From an uncultured Bacteroidales bacterium (GTDB lineage: Bacteria > Bacteroidota > Bacteroidia > Bacteroidales > P3), in assembly GCA_905235855.1 (NCBI GenBank), contig CAJONE010000005.1:1550-65549 (forward strand): a stretch of DNA of 64,000 nucleotides, written 5' to 3'. Made by a program: the position numbers and the translations under genes. The stretch's first letter is position 1. Every line of letters begins with the position of its first letter. This document shows positions 9,326-20,613 of the stretch, one piece after another. The notes under the pieces are model-generated. The model saw nothing but the letters and a program-made list of their open reading frames with translations. It was not told where the DNA came from and made no database searches.

Positions 9326-11386
9326 TTGCATCTCTCGATTGACTATCCGTGGTATTTTTGCCTACTATGTATGGCTGGCGGTGCTGTGATGGCTGCGTTG
9401 CTGTATTTCTTACCGTTCGGCAAACGGGACGCTATCTCGTTGAGGGTTAGGATTGTTCTTGCGGCATTAAGGTTTCTTGCCGTCTCGCTCCTGCTGTTTC
9501 TTGTTTTGGAACCGGTATTGATGCGCAAAGTGCACGAGGCTGAAAAACCTATAGTCGTGATAGCGCATGACAATTCGCGCTCTGTAAGGCTTGCACCCGA
9601 TTCGGTGTTCTATGCCAATGATTACCAAACCAGTATCAGGCGAATTGCAAAGCGTCTCTCCGAAAAGTATGAAGTTGTTCAGTATGCTTTTGGCGGGAAG
9701 TGCAGCGCTATTGAAGAAAATGTATCCCTCTCATTCGACGAAACGTCCACCGACATTGCGTCTGTGTTCGCGACGGTGGGGGAAACTTACGACGGGTGCA
9801 ACGTCGGTGCGGTGATTCTGTCTACCGACGGCATATACAACAAAGGAGCCAATCCAGCTTCGTGGTCGCGGCGAGTCGGAGTACCGGTCTATCCGGTTGC
9901 GCTTGGCGACACAACGGTTCTTTGCGATGCAAAGATTAGCCACGTGCGACACAACACAGAGGCATCAATGGGGCGCAAGTTTCCGGTTGAGGTGACAATA
10001 GTCGCAAACAGGTTGAAAGGCAAACGGCAAACATTAACTGTTAGCCACGAAGGGCATGTGCTCTATACAACGCAGATTGACTACAGTTCTGCTCGATACA
10101 GTACTACCGAGTCGTTTATGCTTACTGCTGACAAACCAGGCCTGCAAACGTACAGGGTGGCCATCGGTGTGTCTGATGGCGAATATACTGGGGCCAATAA
10201 CAGTCGCGATATCCATGTGCGTGTGTTGGATCGTCGGCAGCGGGTTGCCATAGTTGCTGCAGCCCCGCATCCTGATGTGGCTGCAATTCGGCGTGCCCTT
10301 GAGTTGAACGAAGGGTTTGAAGTGGATGTGTATTCCGCCGAGGAGTACATGAAACATTCGGCACAAACGCGCTCGGGCAAGCCGGATATGGTTGTTACGC
10401 ATGGGCTTCCATGCAAGGGTTGTCCCGATGTGTGCGGAAGTTTAAAGAAGTTGGAAGTCCCCGTTCTGTATATTCTGGGCACCAACACAGATATTAATGC
10501 TTTTAACGCTTTGCAGACAGGTGTTGCCATTCGCACCAATCTGCAGAGCACTACGGAGGCCACGGCTGTGCCAAACAGTTCGTTTGGCTCGTTTTCGTTG
10601 GAGGGCAGTGTGTATGACGCTTTGACGAGACAAGCACCACTTCAGGTGCCATTCGGCAACTATGAGGTTTCGCCGTCAGTACAGACTCTCCTCTATTCAA
10701 GGGTGGGAAGTGTGACCACCGAGTCACCTTTGATAGCGGTGGGTGGAATAAACACGAGATGTGCATGGATTTTTGGTGAGGGGCTTTGGCGATGGAGGCT
10801 TAGTGATTTGGCCGACAATGGAACATCATTTTTCTTCGACCCGCTGGTCTCCCAGATGGCACTTTATGTATCAACCTCGGCGGAGCGAAGCCGCTTGAAG
10901 GTTGCAGTACCCGATGTAGTGCGTAGCAACGAGCGGTTAGTTCTCAATGCGACCTTGTTCGACGACAATAATTTGCCCACCAATGTTCCCGATGTGAAAC
11001 TTACCCTAACGGGATATTCGGATAGGCAAGATCATGCAGATGTGCCTGTCACAGATGGTTCGATGTCAAGGCAAAGCGTGCATTCCGAACAGGTTGAGTA
11101 TCTTTTTAACCGATATTTGTCGGGCTACCGGCTCGATTTGGGATTTCTCGATGAGGGCAGATATGTTTACAGGGCTAATGCAACACTGGCCGGTCGGAAC
11201 TATGTGGCTGAGGGAGTTTTTGTGGTATCAGGGTCGGATGTTGAGGGTTCGAATGTCACGGCCGACCACACACTTCTGCAAACTATGGCCAGACAGTCGG
11301 GTGGGCGTGTGGCTTCGCCTCACGAACTTGACAGTCTTGCCGACTGGCTCCCGATATCAAAACGGTCATCCATTCGCACACCGTAA
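9326..11386 (+). CDS. vWA-domain membrane protein (Bat-like)
   Basis: TTG start and an N-terminal double transmembrane segment. DxSxS MIDAS-like motif (VIAHDNSRSV) and ILSTDGIYNKG. Confidence 0.55.
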   Translation: MHLSIDYPWYFCLLCMAGGAVMAALLYFLPFGKRDAISLRVRIVLAALRFLAVSLLLFLVLEPVLMRKVHEAEKPIVVIAHDNSRSVRLAPDSVFYANDYQTSIRRIAKRLSEKYEVVQYAFGGKCSAIEENVSLSFDETSTDIASVFATVGETYDGCNVGAVILSTDGIYNKGANPASWSRRVGVPVYPVALGDTTVLCDAKISHVRHNTEASMGRKFPVEVTIVANRLKGKRQTLTVSHEGHVLYTTQIDYSSARYSTTESFMLTADKPGLQTYRVAIGVSDGEYTGANNSRDIHVRVLDRRQRVAIVAAAPHPDVAAIRRALELNEGFEVDVYSAEEYMKHSAQTRSGKPDMVVTHGLPCKGCPDVCGSLKKLEVPVLYILGTNTDINAFNALQTGVAIRTNLQSTTEATAVPNSSFGSFSLEGSVYDALTRQAPLQVPFGNYEVSPSVQTLLYSRVGSVTTESPLIAVGGINTRCAWIFGEGLWRWRLSDLADNGTSFFFDPLVSQMALYVSTSAERSRLKVAVPDVVRSNERLVLNATLFDDNNLPTNVPDVKLTLTGYSDRQDHADVPVTDGSMSRQSVHSEQVEYLFNRYLSGYRLDLGFLDEGRYVYRANATLAGRNYVAEGVFVVSGSDVEGSNVTADHTLLQTMARQSGGRVASPHELDSLADWLPISKRSSIRTP

Positions 11387-11493
11387 ACCACTCTATGTTT
11401 AATTTGTGGTGGATTGTTCTGTTACTGATGGTTCTTTTTGGCACGGAATGGGCGGTACGCAAGTATAACGGTGGAATATAGAAACCCGATGCA

Positions 11494-12765
11494 ATGAACA
11501 TAATGAAATCGCGTTTGCTGAAACCGCTTGCCACATTGCTTTCGGGCAGTTTTCTGGCACAGGGCATAACGCTGGTTTCATATCTTCTTCTCACACGGAT
11601 ATACTCGCCTGCCGACTTTGGGGTATTCAATATTTTTTACAGTTACATCGAGATTCTTATCATTATCTCCACATGCAAGTACGAACTCGCTCCTGTCATT
11701 GCCGATTCCGATCGCGAGGCCAGTGCAATTTCGCGGTTTGCCTTGAGACTTAACACGTTTGTTTCGGTTGCCATCCTTCTCGTAATCCTTGTTCTTAATG
11801 TTTTCCATTTCCTCCCCGGCAAACTGCAGTCGATAGGCTGGATTACGGTTTTTATCCCTTTCATGGTTTTCTTTTGTGGTACCACAAGGGTCTATGCGGC
11901 TTTGTTCAACCGTTTCAGAAAATTCGGCCAGATAGTGTGGTCCGACACAACAATCTCTGTTTGCGGCGCCTTTTTCAAGATAGTGTCCGGCCTCTTGAAA
12001 CCGTTGCACGCAATAGGCCTTCCGATGGGAACGGTCCTCGGTCAGGCAGCAGGGAATGTTAACTATATTGCAAACATCAGAAAACTAAACATTTCCAAGG
12101 ATGTGTCTCGTGACGAGTGCCGTGCTGCGGCGCGTAAGTTTCGCAAGTTTCCGTTATTTACTGCCTCCAAAGATTTTGTTGATTCCTTTTCGAGCAATCT
12201 GCCTTTCATCTGGGTGGCAACAGCTATTGCTGTTCCCGATGCCCAGGTTGGTCTCTACGGACTTGCTCTGACATTTACGTGGCGTCCGGTAAACGTATTC
12301 AACACCGCCGCCGAGCGGGTGCTATACGTCGAAATAGGTGAGCGCCTGCACAATCGAAGGCCGATAGGCCGCGTTATTGCGCGTTTCGTTCTCGGCGTCG
12401 GTCTTATAACTTTGCCTGTGTTCGCACTTCTCTTCGTCTATGCCGAGCCATTTTTCAGCTTCGTTTTCGGATCCAAATGGGCTGGTTCGGCACCTTATTT
12501 GCACGCGCTTTTGCCATGGATGTGGATTCTTTTGCTTACCAATTCACTTCTCTCCGTCCCATACGCGTTATCCAAGCAGCAAGGTGAGTTTGCCTTTTCG
12601 CTTGTGGCTCTTCTGCTGCGTGTTGTGGGACTTGCCATAGGCATTGCCAATCAGGATTTTATACTTGCCATTCAACTTTTCGCTGTCGCGAGTTCGCTCG
12701 TACTGGTTCTTCGACTCGTATGGTACACCATACTACTGCACCGTTATGACAAAGAAACGGTGTGA
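11494..12765 (+). CDS. Polysaccharide biosynthesis protein / oligosaccharide flippase (Wzx-like, MOP superfamily)
   Basis: About 12 transmembrane helices. The N-terminus (LSGSFLAQGITLVSYLLLTRIYSPADFG) is typical of the family. Confidence 0.7.
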   Translation: MNIMKSRLLKPLATLLSGSFLAQGITLVSYLLLTRIYSPADFGVFNIFYSYIEILIIISTCKYELAPVIADSDREASAISRFALRLNTFVSVAILLVILVLNVFHFLPGKLQSIGWITVFIPFMVFFCGTTRVYAALFNRFRKFGQIVWSDTTISVCGAFFKIVSGLLKPLHAIGLPMGTVLGQAAGNVNYIANIRKLNISKDVSRDECRAAARKFRKFPLFTASKDFVDSFSSNLPFIWVATAIAVPDAQVGLYGLALTFTWRPVNVFNTAAERVLYVEIGERLHNRRPIGRVIARFVLGVGLITLPVFALLFVYAEPFFSFVFGSKWAGSAPYLHALLPWMWILLLTNSLLSVPYALSKQQGEFAFSLVALLLRVVGLAIGIANQDFILAIQLFAVASSLVLVLRLVWYTILLHRYDKETV

Positions 12766-12806
12766 GTGTTGTTTTGTAAATTTACTATGTTGCAAATCAA
12801 TCTAAT

Positions 12807-14519
12807 ATGAAGCATCAAATTCTATTTTTTGTACTTATTTTCATGGCGCTTAGTGCCGTTTCGCAAAACAAGGTTTCACGTAATGCAAACCATTTTGTAT
12901 ATCAGCAAGTTGATTATGGCGAAACGGTGGATACATCGTATATTACAGTTGTTCGTAACGGAAACACCATAGAGATTAAATCAGCCAAACCGGATGGTTC
13001 GCTCATCGACGGATATGCTACCGAGGTGACATACGTTGACTATGATAATGACAGTATAACGGTTGTGGCCTCGTTTGCCGACGGCAGTTCCTATTACTAC
13101 CGTCATGGTCTCTCGCGCAACGACATTGAATGGACCTTGGATGGAACACTGCACAAGTGTTCGATTAACAGCAATTCTCTTGTATTCGATATAGATGAAA
13201 GTGTTGCCCTAAATGTCAATCCGTTGCCGCACTATGGTATTAGGCGTGGTATATTGCGATCCTTCTCGCGCAATGGCCAGACATTAATCAAGTTGGTCAA
13301 AGCTGACTACATAAAGCCTACCAAGTATCAGACGTCCGCCTCTGCACGCCAGATTGCGGGTCATGGCTATACACGTGTCTCCCCACGCGAGTTGGATCGC
13401 ATTAAGAAAGAACGTATGGTTATATCTACACGGGTGTTTGACCACGAACAACTTTGCTGGGGAAGAGAGAACGCTCATGTGGAAGGAGGGATGGGCAGTA
13501 TTCCGTTTGATACCGTGCTGCATTACGCTGGCGGTACACTCGTTATGAAACGCATTAACCTGCCCGACTTACCCGATCACTATCAGCATTTTGTTGAAAT
13601 TCACCAGCAGAGCAACGGTGATGCTTACGACCGGACAGGTTCGGTTTTCTTGATTCCGTTTGGCGATAAGTGTTTCTTCGATGGCATTAACCGTCATCCT
13701 GATTCGTTGCCAGTCTTTGTAGGGCGTGATGGTCAGCGTTATCAGGGCATGATGGCAACAGACAGCTATGAGCCTATCATCGAGTTGGTGCGTTTTTTCA
13801 CCCCCTTTGGTGTCGGAAAGTTCAACGAGCGAATGAAAGGTTTCGGTATTGACTGGCGTCCGGAATGTTATTTCAAGCAGGAAATCACCGATATTTATCG
13901 TTATTGTATGGGAACGACAGTTTATATCGGTGCCTGGATTGGCAACTATGACGGAGGTGGCCACCTGCTGACCGTCGACATCAAGTCGTACCCCAATGGT
14001 TTTTTGAAAGAAAATAATTCACAGCGGAGAGGCGAAGTTCTCGCGCTTTTCAATACGTGCAACGTGCTTGAAATGGCAGGGCAGAACTATGGAAAACTTT
14101 TTGCCACGGACTCTCTCTCTGTAGCTTTCACCATTCCAGCCGGTGCCACTTCAGCACACCTCAGATATATCAGCACCGGACACGGCGGTTGGGATGGTGG
14201 CGACGAGTTTGTGCCGAAAACCAACACTATTCTTATTGACGGCAAGGTTGCCTTCACGCATACTCCTTGGCGGCAAGACTGCGGATGCTATCGCGATTTG
14301 AACCCAGTGAGTGGAAACTTTTGGAATGGTCTTTCCAGCAGCGATTTTTCGCGGTCAGGCTGGTGTCCAGGCACGGCCACCCAACCAGTCTATTTCGACT
14401 TCGCTCCGTGGGCCGACGGCAAACGGCACACACTCACGGTGGCAATTCCGCAGGGGCAGCCGGTCGAAGGTATGTTCAGCCACTGGTCTGTAAGTGGCGT
14501 ACTGACGGTGGGCTATTGA
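12807..14519 (+). CDS. Secreted PNGase F-like (peptide-N-glycosidase-related) protein
   Basis: Signal peptide ending AVS|QNK. The C-terminal half has TGHGGWDGGDEF and SRSGWCPG, which I recall as PNGase F family motifs. Assignment by memory only. Confidence 0.45.
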   Translation: MKHQILFFVLIFMALSAVSQNKVSRNANHFVYQQVDYGETVDTSYITVVRNGNTIEIKSAKPDGSLIDGYATEVTYVDYDNDSITVVASFADGSSYYYRHGLSRNDIEWTLDGTLHKCSINSNSLVFDIDESVALNVNPLPHYGIRRGILRSFSRNGQTLIKLVKADYIKPTKYQTSASARQIAGHGYTRVSPRELDRIKKERMVISTRVFDHEQLCWGRENAHVEGGMGSIPFDTVLHYAGGTLVMKRINLPDLPDHYQHFVEIHQQSNGDAYDRTGSVFLIPFGDKCFFDGINRHPDSLPVFVGRDGQRYQGMMATDSYEPIIELVRFFTPFGVGKFNERMKGFGIDWRPECYFKQEITDIYRYCMGTTVYIGAWIGNYDGGGHLLTVDIKSYPNGFLKENNSQRRGEVLALFNTCNVLEMAGQNYGKLFATDSLSVAFTIPAGATSAHLRYISTGHGGWDGGDEFVPKTNTILIDGKVAFTHTPWRQDCGCYRDLNPVSGNFWNGLSSSDFSRSGWCPGTATQPVYFDFAPWADGKRHTLTVAIPQGQPVEGMFSHWSVSGVLTVGY

Positions 14520-14582
14520 CGGCAGGCAATTCTGTGCATCGTATGCTATCAGCCACGATGCATGCGTGCGTTATGGTTAGCT

Positions 14583-16886
14583 TTAATGTCCGTAGTTTGA
14601 AAGGAATTTTATTCGCATGAGACGGATTTCCTCGCGAGTGTAGTCGGGATCATCGGCAAATTCCTCATAGGCCTCGTCAAGCGAACCGCCTTCGGACTCG
14701 CGCCAGTAGTCGAGAAGTTCATTTTGGTGGTCCTCTTCGATGTTGTCGTTAATGTAGTAATCAATGTTGAGTCTGGTGCCGGAACGGATGATATGTTCCA
14801 TCTCGGTTAGAAGTTCATCCATAGACAACCCTTTGCCGTCAGCGATATCGTCGAGCGACATCTGCTTGTCGATAGAGCGGACTATGTAGAGTTTTGAACT
14901 CGATTTGTTTACCACCGAGCGTACAACAATGTCCTGCGGGCGTTCAATCTCATTTTCCTCGACGTAGGTTTTGATGAGGTCGACAAAGGGTTGCCCATAT
15001 TTTTGGGCTTTGCCGATACCGACACCGACACAATGGGAAAGTTCGTCGATTGTGATGGGATATTGTATGGTCATATCTTTGAGCGAACGCTCTTCAAAGA
15101 TGACGTAAAGTGGGAGTTTTTCGCGGGTGGCAATGGATTTCAACAGTGATTTGAGTTGCATATAGAGCCCTTCGTCGGCGGCCTCTATGCCCCCGCCCTC
15201 GGACGTTTCGACGAGTTCGTCGGCGGTGTCGGCTTGGCTGTAGTCGTGGTCGCAACTTACGGTGACATCGTAGGGCGATTTCATGAATTTGAATCCGTCG
15301 GGTGTTATTTTGAGAACGCCATACTGCTCGATTTCCTTTTGCAGCAGTTTGTCGTAAACGGCGTGTCGGATAACCGCTTTCCAATAAAGGTCGTCATGGT
15401 CGGTGCCTTGTCCGAACTGCTCGAGTTGGTCATGTTTGTATGTCTTGGTGTGTGTGTTTACACGCCCCATCATAACGTCAATGATTTCCTTCATCTTGAA
15501 GGCCTGCTTCATGGCGAGAACGGTTTCGAGCATATAGACAGTTTCCTCCCTGGCCTCCATACGCGGTTTGGGATGCAGGCAGTTGTCGCAGTTGCCGCAA
15601 TTCCGGCTTGGGTAGTCTTCGCCGAAATATTTCAGAAGGTTGGCGCGGCGACAGGCCGAACTCTCGGCATAGGAAACCATCTCTTGCACCAGTTGTTGTG
15701 CCTGTTCCTGTTCGGTGACGTTTTTGTCGGTAAAGAACTTGTATAGTTTTTCCACGTCGTGTTCGCTATAGAAGGCTATGCATTTGCCTTCGCCGCCATC
15801 GCGACCGGCTCGTCCGGTTTCCTGGTAGTAGCCTTCGAGACTTTTGGGTATGTCGTAGTGGATAACGAAGCGCACGTCCGGCTTGTCGATACCCATGCCA
15901 AATGCTATTGTGGCCACGATGACATCCACGTCTTCCATCAGGAATTTGTCCTGGTTCTCGGTACGCACTTGCGAATCGAGTCCGGCATGGTAGGGTAGGG
16001 CCTTGATGCCGTTGACCTGGAGAAGTTCGGCCAAATCCTCGACTCGTTTGCGGGTGAGACAATAGATGATGCCGCTTTTGCCGCTATTCTCTTTGATGAA
16101 CTTGATTATTTCCTTGTGTAGCAGAACTGTCTCTGACGGCTTGGGGCGCACTTCGTAGTAAAGGTTCGGGCGATTGAACGATGATATAAAAACCTTGGCG
16201 TTCTCCATGTGCAGGTTCTTGATGATATCCTGTTGCACTTTTGGGGTGGCGGAGGCTGTGAGTGTCAAGATGGGGATATGTGCGTTGATAGCGGTGATTG
16301 CATCGCGGAGACGGCGGTATTCAGGGCGGAAATCGTGACCCCACTCTGAGATGCAGTGCGCCTCATCAATAGCAAAGAATGATATTTTGAGATGTTTCAG
16401 GAAATCAATGGTGTCGGGACGGGAGAGTGTCTCGGGTGCAACGTATAGCATTTTTGTGCCGCCCTTGAGGAGGTCGTCTTTCACCTCGGTCACCTGCTGC
16501 TTGTTGAGCGACGAGTTGAGAAAATGGGCCACGTAGTCGTTGCCGGAATTGTAGCGCACGGCATCGACTTGGTTTTTCATAAGTGCTATTAAGGGAGAGA
16601 CCACGATGGCGGTTCCTTCGGAGATAATGGCCGGCAGTTGGTAGCATAGTGACTTGCCGCCCCCTGTGGGCATTATGACAAAGGTGTCGTTACCATCGAG
16701 CAGACTCTGTATGATCGCTTCCTGATCTCCCTTGAAATGGTCGAAACCGAAAATGTCTTTGAGTTTGGACTGAAGTATGGTGCTGTCTGTGTGCAAGGCT
16801 GGAAGTTTGAAAACGTTAGAAGAAAGAAAAGGTGTGACGTAAGAATGGAAATGTGATTGTGGGTGGCGGGATACCAAAAACTTCAA
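14583..16886 (-). CDS. recQ: ATP-dependent DNA helicase RecQ
   Basis: PTGGGKSLCYQLP, DEAHCISEWGHDFRPEY, a zinc-finger Cys cluster (CRR...CGNCDNC) and a C-terminal HRDC-like region. The N-terminal region has no ATG. The start is TTG at 16886 or TTG at 16796. Confidence 0.9.
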   Translation of the reverse strand: MKFLVSRHPQSHFHSYVTPFLSSNVFKLPALHTDSTILQSKLKDIFGFDHFKGDQEAIIQSLLDGNDTFVIMPTGGGKSLCYQLPAIISEGTAIVVSPLIALMKNQVDAVRYNSGNDYVAHFLNSSLNKQQVTEVKDDLLKGGTKMLYVAPETLSRPDTIDFLKHLKISFFAIDEAHCISEWGHDFRPEYRRLRDAITAINAHIPILTLTASATPKVQQDIIKNLHMENAKVFISSFNRPNLYYEVRPKPSETVLLHKEIIKFIKENSGKSGIIYCLTRKRVEDLAELLQVNGIKALPYHAGLDSQVRTENQDKFLMEDVDVIVATIAFGMGIDKPDVRFVIHYDIPKSLEGYYQETGRAGRDGGEGKCIAFYSEHDVEKLYKFFTDKNVTEQEQAQQLVQEMVSYAESSACRRANLLKYFGEDYPSRNCGNCDNCLHPKPRMEAREETVYMLETVLAMKQAFKMKEIIDVMMGRVNTHTKTYKHDQLEQFGQGTDHDDLYWKAVIRHAVYDKLLQKEIEQYGVLKITPDGFKFMKSPYDVTVSCDHDYSQADTADELVETSEGGGIEAADEGLYMQLKSLLKSIATREKLPLYVIFEERSLKDMTIQYPITIDELSHCVGVGIGKAQKYGQPFVDLIKTYVEENEIERPQDIVVRSVVNKSSSKLYIVRSIDKQMSLDDIADGKGLSMDELLTEMEHIIRSGTRLNIDYYINDNIEEDHQNELLDYWRESEGGSLDEAYEEFADDPDYTREEIRLMRIKFLSNYGH

Positions 16887-16902
16887 ACTTGAAACTTTTT
16901 AG

Positions 16903-16910
16903 TACCTTTG
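16903..16910 (+). promoter_or_regulatory. Bacteroidetes -7 promoter box (TACCTTTG) for kdsD
   Basis: TAnnTTTG match 54 nt upstream of the GTG at 16964. Confidence 0.45.
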
Positions 16911-16920
16911 CAAGGTTTTA

Positions 16921-16928
16921 CAAAGTTA
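16921..16928 (-). promoter_or_regulatory. Bacteroidetes -7 promoter box (TAACTTTG on minus strand) for recQ
   Basis: The plus strand reads CAAAGTTA. It sits back-to-back with the kdsD box. Confidence 0.4.
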
Positions 16929-16963
16929 AGAATAATTGTTCAATTATCCAAATATATTTTGCA

Positions 16964-17932
16964 GTGAAGACGAGAGCAGAGATAAAAAATATTGCAAAAC
17001 AGGTAATTAGGGATGAGCGAGAAGCTGTAGGACAGTTGGAGAAAAAGATAGGGGACGCGTTTTGCGATGCTGTGGAACTGCTTTTCTCGACGCGTGGGCG
17101 TGTGATTGTGGCTGGCATAGGCAAGAGCGCCAACATTGCAACTAAAATTGTTTCAACATTCAATTCAACGGGAACGCCGTCGGTATTCCTGCATGCGGCC
17201 GATGCCATTCATGGCGATTTGGGTGTAGTGCAGCCCGACGACACGGTTATATGCCTTTCGAAAAGCGGCAACACTCCAGAGATAAAAGTGCTTGTGCCGC
17301 TGATAAAACAGTTTGGCAACAAGTTGATAGCAATTGTCGGCAACACTGATTCGTTCCTCGCCGCCGAGGCCGACATAGTACTCGATACGACGGTGAGCCA
17401 TGAGGCTTGCCCGAACAATCTGGCACCGACATCATCAACTACGGCGCAGTTGGCAATGGGCGATGCACTTGCTGTTGCACTTATCGAGTGTCGCAATTTC
17501 ACATCTGCCGACTTTGCCCGGTTCCATCCTGGCGGCGCATTAGGCAAGCAGCTCTATATGAGAGTGTCCGACCTTTCTTTGCAGAACGAGAAACCAACTG
17601 TGGCCCCCGACACTCCTGTGCGCGCTGTTATTATCGAAATGACTTCAAAGCGGCTGGGATGTGCTGTGGTCACGGTCGACGACAAGCCAGTGGGCATGAT
17701 AACCGACGGCGACTTGCGTCGTATGCTCAAGCGCGACGAACAGGTGTCGCATCTCAAGGCATCCGACATTATGACAACCAACCCGAAGCGTGTAATAGAA
17801 AACGAATATGCGGTAAACGCGTTGCATTTGATGCAGAAGAGCAGCATAACCCAATTGGTGGTGGTCGACAGCGAGGGCAGATATTGCGGCGTGGTGCACC
17901 TGCACGACATATTAAGAGAAGGAATTATTTAG
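16964..17932 (+). CDS. kdsD: Arabinose-5-phosphate isomerase (KdsD/KpsF; SIS + tandem CBS)
   Basis: SIS motif VIVAGIGKSANIA and two C-terminal CBS repeats. The in-frame GTG at 16964 is preferred because the longer ORF would overlap recQ and both promoter boxes. Confidence 0.85.
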   Translation: MKTRAEIKNIAKQVIRDEREAVGQLEKKIGDAFCDAVELLFSTRGRVIVAGIGKSANIATKIVSTFNSTGTPSVFLHAADAIHGDLGVVQPDDTVICLSKSGNTPEIKVLVPLIKQFGNKLIAIVGNTDSFLAAEADIVLDTTVSHEACPNNLAPTSSTTAQLAMGDALAVALIECRNFTSADFARFHPGGALGKQLYMRVSDLSLQNEKPTVAPDTPVRAVIIEMTSKRLGCAVVTVDDKPVGMITDGDLRRMLKRDEQVSHLKASDIMTTNPKRVIENEYAVNALHLMQKSSITQLVVVDSEGRYCGVVHLHDILREGII

Positions 17933-17950
17933 ATATTTAGAGAACGAATT

Positions 17951-18709
17951 TTGGGGAAAGTGGAACTGCGAACAGAACATGTGGTCAAGAAATATCGTAC
18001 ACGAACGGTGGTTAACGATGTGTCGGTGTCGGTGTCACAGGGTGAAATAGTTGGACTTTTGGGACCCAATGGCGCTGGCAAAACCACCACGTTCTATATG
18101 ATAGTGGGCATCATAAGACCCTATTCGGGCAAAGTTTTTCTTGACAACAACGAAATAACGCGACAGCCCATGTATCGTCGTGCACAGATGGGAGTGGGAT
18201 ATCTTGCCCAAGAGGCATCGGTATTCCGGCAGATGAGCGTGGAAAACAACATAATGTCGATTTTGGAATTCCGAAAGGACTTGACTAAGGCGCAACGCCG
18301 CGAGAAACTCGAGTCGCTGATAGAAGAGTTTGGACTTGGCAAGATTCGTAAAAGCAAAGGTATACAGCTTTCGGGAGGTGAACGCCGCCGTACGGAGATA
18401 GCGCGAGCGCTGGCCAACGACCCCAGTTTTCTGCTACTCGACGAGCCGTTTGCGGGTGTCGATCCCATTGCCGTGCAGGATATCCAAGACATTGTGGCCC
18501 ACCTCAAGGAGAAGAACATAGGCATACTTATAACCGACCACAATGTGAACGAGACGCTTCGGATAACAGACCGTGCCTACCTGCTTTATGAGGGTAGTGT
18601 GCTGCACCAGGGTATACCGGAGGATATGGCCAACGATCCAGATGTGAGAGCCAAATACTTGGGGCGCGACTTTGTTTGGCACGGCAAGAAAGTCACGCAA
18701 GAGCTATAG
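17951..18709 (+). CDS. lptB: LPS export ABC transporter ATP-binding protein
   Basis: Walker [10 protein letters not shown], signature LSGGERRR, Walker B LLLDEPF. About 250 aa, adjacent to kdsD. Confidence 0.9.
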   Translation: MGKVELRTEHVVKKYRTRTVVNDVSVSVSQGEIVGLLGPNGAGKTTTFYMIVGIIRPYSGKVFLDNNEITRQPMYRRAQMGVGYLAQEASVFRQMSVENNIMSILEFRKDLTKAQRREKLESLIEEFGLGKIRKSKGIQLSGGERRRTEIARALANDPSFLLLDEPFAGVDPIAVQDIQDIVAHLKEKNIGILITDHNVNETLRITDRAYLLYEGSVLHQGIPEDMANDPDVRAKYLGRDFVWHGKKVTQEL

Positions 18710-20610
18710 GTCAGAAATCAGGTACGGTTCAGAAAAAGATATACTCTGAAGACGTGGTTGACAGATTTTCCAACAGGGCAAAAGTAATCAGGGCGATGAT
18801 TATCGCCGTGGGCGTTATTTTTGTCTTACGGCTTGCTATGCTCCAGATATTCAGCAACAAATACAAGGAGTTGGCCGAGCGTCAAGCCCTGCGTAATATC
18901 ACCGTATACCCTGCCCGCGGATTGGTATACGACCGTCATGGCGAGTTGCTTGTCTACAACGATGTGGTTTATGATTTGATGGTTGTGCCGCGTCTTGTCC
19001 ACGATCTTGACACTGGCTATTTCTGCCGTGCGGTGGGCATAACGCGCCAGGAATTTGTGGCCTATATGGACAGAGCCCGCTCCTATTCGCCCTATGTGGC
19101 ATCGCCTTTCATGAAACAGATAAAGAAGGACGACTATGCACGGTGGCAGAACCGTCTTTACAAGTTTAACGGTTTTTATGTCCAGAACCGGACACTTCGC
19201 GTTTATCCCAGACCCATCGCGGCTCATGTGCTTGGATATGTGGGCGAGGTTGACGAGTCTGAAATAGCGAAAAACCCTAAGATGCAAATGGGCGACTATG
19301 TGGGCAAGAGCGGCATTGAGAAAACCTACGAGGATTTGCTGTGCGGTAAGAAAGGGCGTAGGGTAGTGCATGTGGATGTGCACAGTCGCGAAATCGGTTC
19401 TTACGAACACGGCCTCTACGACACTGTTCCTGTGGCTGGCGAAAATCTGTATAGTACCATCGATGCCGACCTTCAGGAGTATGCCGAAATGCTGATGGCC
19501 AACAAACGTGGATGCGTTGTGGCCATTGAACCCTCAACCGGCGAAATCTTGGCTCTTGTGTCGGCACCATCCTACGATCCGAACCTGTTGGTCGGGCGTG
19601 TCCGCGGCGCCAACTATCTCGATTTGTTGCACAATATATCCAAACCGCTCTACAATCGCGCTCTTCAGGGGCAGTATCCCCCTGGCTCCATATTCAAGGT
19701 TGCACAGGCTATGATAGCCCTCGATCTTGGAGTCATCCGGCCCGAAACTGGCTTTGTATGCGACAAGTCGCTGGTCGGATGCCACAACCACCCTTCGGCC
19801 AGAAGTGTGCAGGAAGCCATAAAGATGAGCTGCAACCCGTACTTCTATCAGGTGTATCGACGCGTGATACAATCGGGGAAATACAAAAACATCTACAAGG
19901 ATAGCCAGTACGGCCTCACGGTTTGGCGTGAATATATGCTTCGAATGGGGTTTGGCCGTTCGCTCGACCTTGACCTGCCTAACGTCAAGGGTGGGCGCAT
20001 CCCCGACACGGCGTACTACAATCGCTGCTATGGCAAGGAACGCTGGGCTTTTTCAACCATATACAGCAACAGTATCGGACAAGGTGAAGTCGAAGTGGTG
20101 CCGATACAGATGGCAAACCTCGCAGCCATAGTTGCCAACCGCGGCTATTACTATATCCCACATGTCGTGAAGTTCTATGGCGATGACTCGACGCGGATTG
20201 AGAAATATTACGTGAAACAGGAAACTGGCATTGATCCGCAGTATTTCGACATAGCGGCCAAGGGCATGTATGACGTGGTGCACGGTGCAGGTGGCACTGG
20301 CCACAGGGCTGACGTGCCGGGCGTTGCGGTATGTGGTAAAACTGGTACGGCCGAAAACTACGGCAATGACCATTCGGTGTTCATCTCCTTTGCACCGATG
20401 GAGAATCCGCAAATTGCCCTCGCTGTTTATGTTGAGAACGCGCAAGGCGGAGGCGGTGCTTGGGCCGCTCCGATTTCGGGTCTCATCATAGAGAAATACC
20501 TCAAGGGCGAGGTGGAACGTAAGGATTTCGAAAAAAAATATATGGAGGTTAACCCATGCCAAAGTCTCCCTTTGACAAAACGGGTGAAAAAAGTCCGCAA
20601 AAGAAGATAG
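18676..20610 (+). CDS. mrdA: Penicillin-binding protein 2 (elongasome transpeptidase)
   Basis: N-terminal TM helix. Transpeptidase motifs SIFK (SxxK), SNS (SxN-type) and KTGTA. Followed by rodA. The start codon is uncertain (TTG at 18676 overlaps the lptB end). Confidence 0.9.
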   Translation: MARQESHARAIGQKSGTVQKKIYSEDVVDRFSNRAKVIRAMIIAVGVIFVLRLAMLQIFSNKYKELAERQALRNITVYPARGLVYDRHGELLVYNDVVYDLMVVPRLVHDLDTGYFCRAVGITRQEFVAYMDRARSYSPYVASPFMKQIKKDDYARWQNRLYKFNGFYVQNRTLRVYPRPIAAHVLGYVGEVDESEIAKNPKMQMGDYVGKSGIEKTYEDLLCGKKGRRVVHVDVHSREIGSYEHGLYDTVPVAGENLYSTIDADLQEYAEMLMANKRGCVVAIEPSTGEILALVSAPSYDPNLLVGRVRGANYLDLLHNISKPLYNRALQGQYPPGSIFKVAQAMIALDLGVIRPETGFVCDKSLVGCHNHPSARSVQEAIKMSCNPYFYQVYRRVIQSGKYKNIYKDSQYGLTVWREYMLRMGFGRSLDLDLPNVKGGRIPDTAYYNRCYGKERWAFSTIYSNSIGQGEVEVVPIQMANLAAIVANRGYYYIPHVVKFYGDDSTRIEKYYVKQETGIDPQYFDIAAKGMYDVVHGAGGTGHRADVPGVAVCGKTGTAENYGNDHSVFISFAPMENPQIALAVYVENAQGGGGAWAAPISGLIIEKYLKGEVERKDFEKKYMEVNPCQSLPLTKRVKKVRKRR

Positions 20611-20613
20611 AAA

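Noticed and set aside
14534-14563. Hairpin GCATCGT-12 nt-ACGATGC between the convergent PNGase-like gene and recQ, considered as a bidirectional terminator
   Set aside because: It has only a 7-8 bp stem, a large loop and no flanking T/A runs, which is insufficient evidence.
16853-16963. N-terminal extension of the kdsD ORF (GTG at 16853) overlapping the recQ start
   Set aside because: The extension covers both divergent TAnnTTTG boxes and overlaps recQ coding sequence. The conserved SIS domain begins shortly after the in-frame GTG at 16964.
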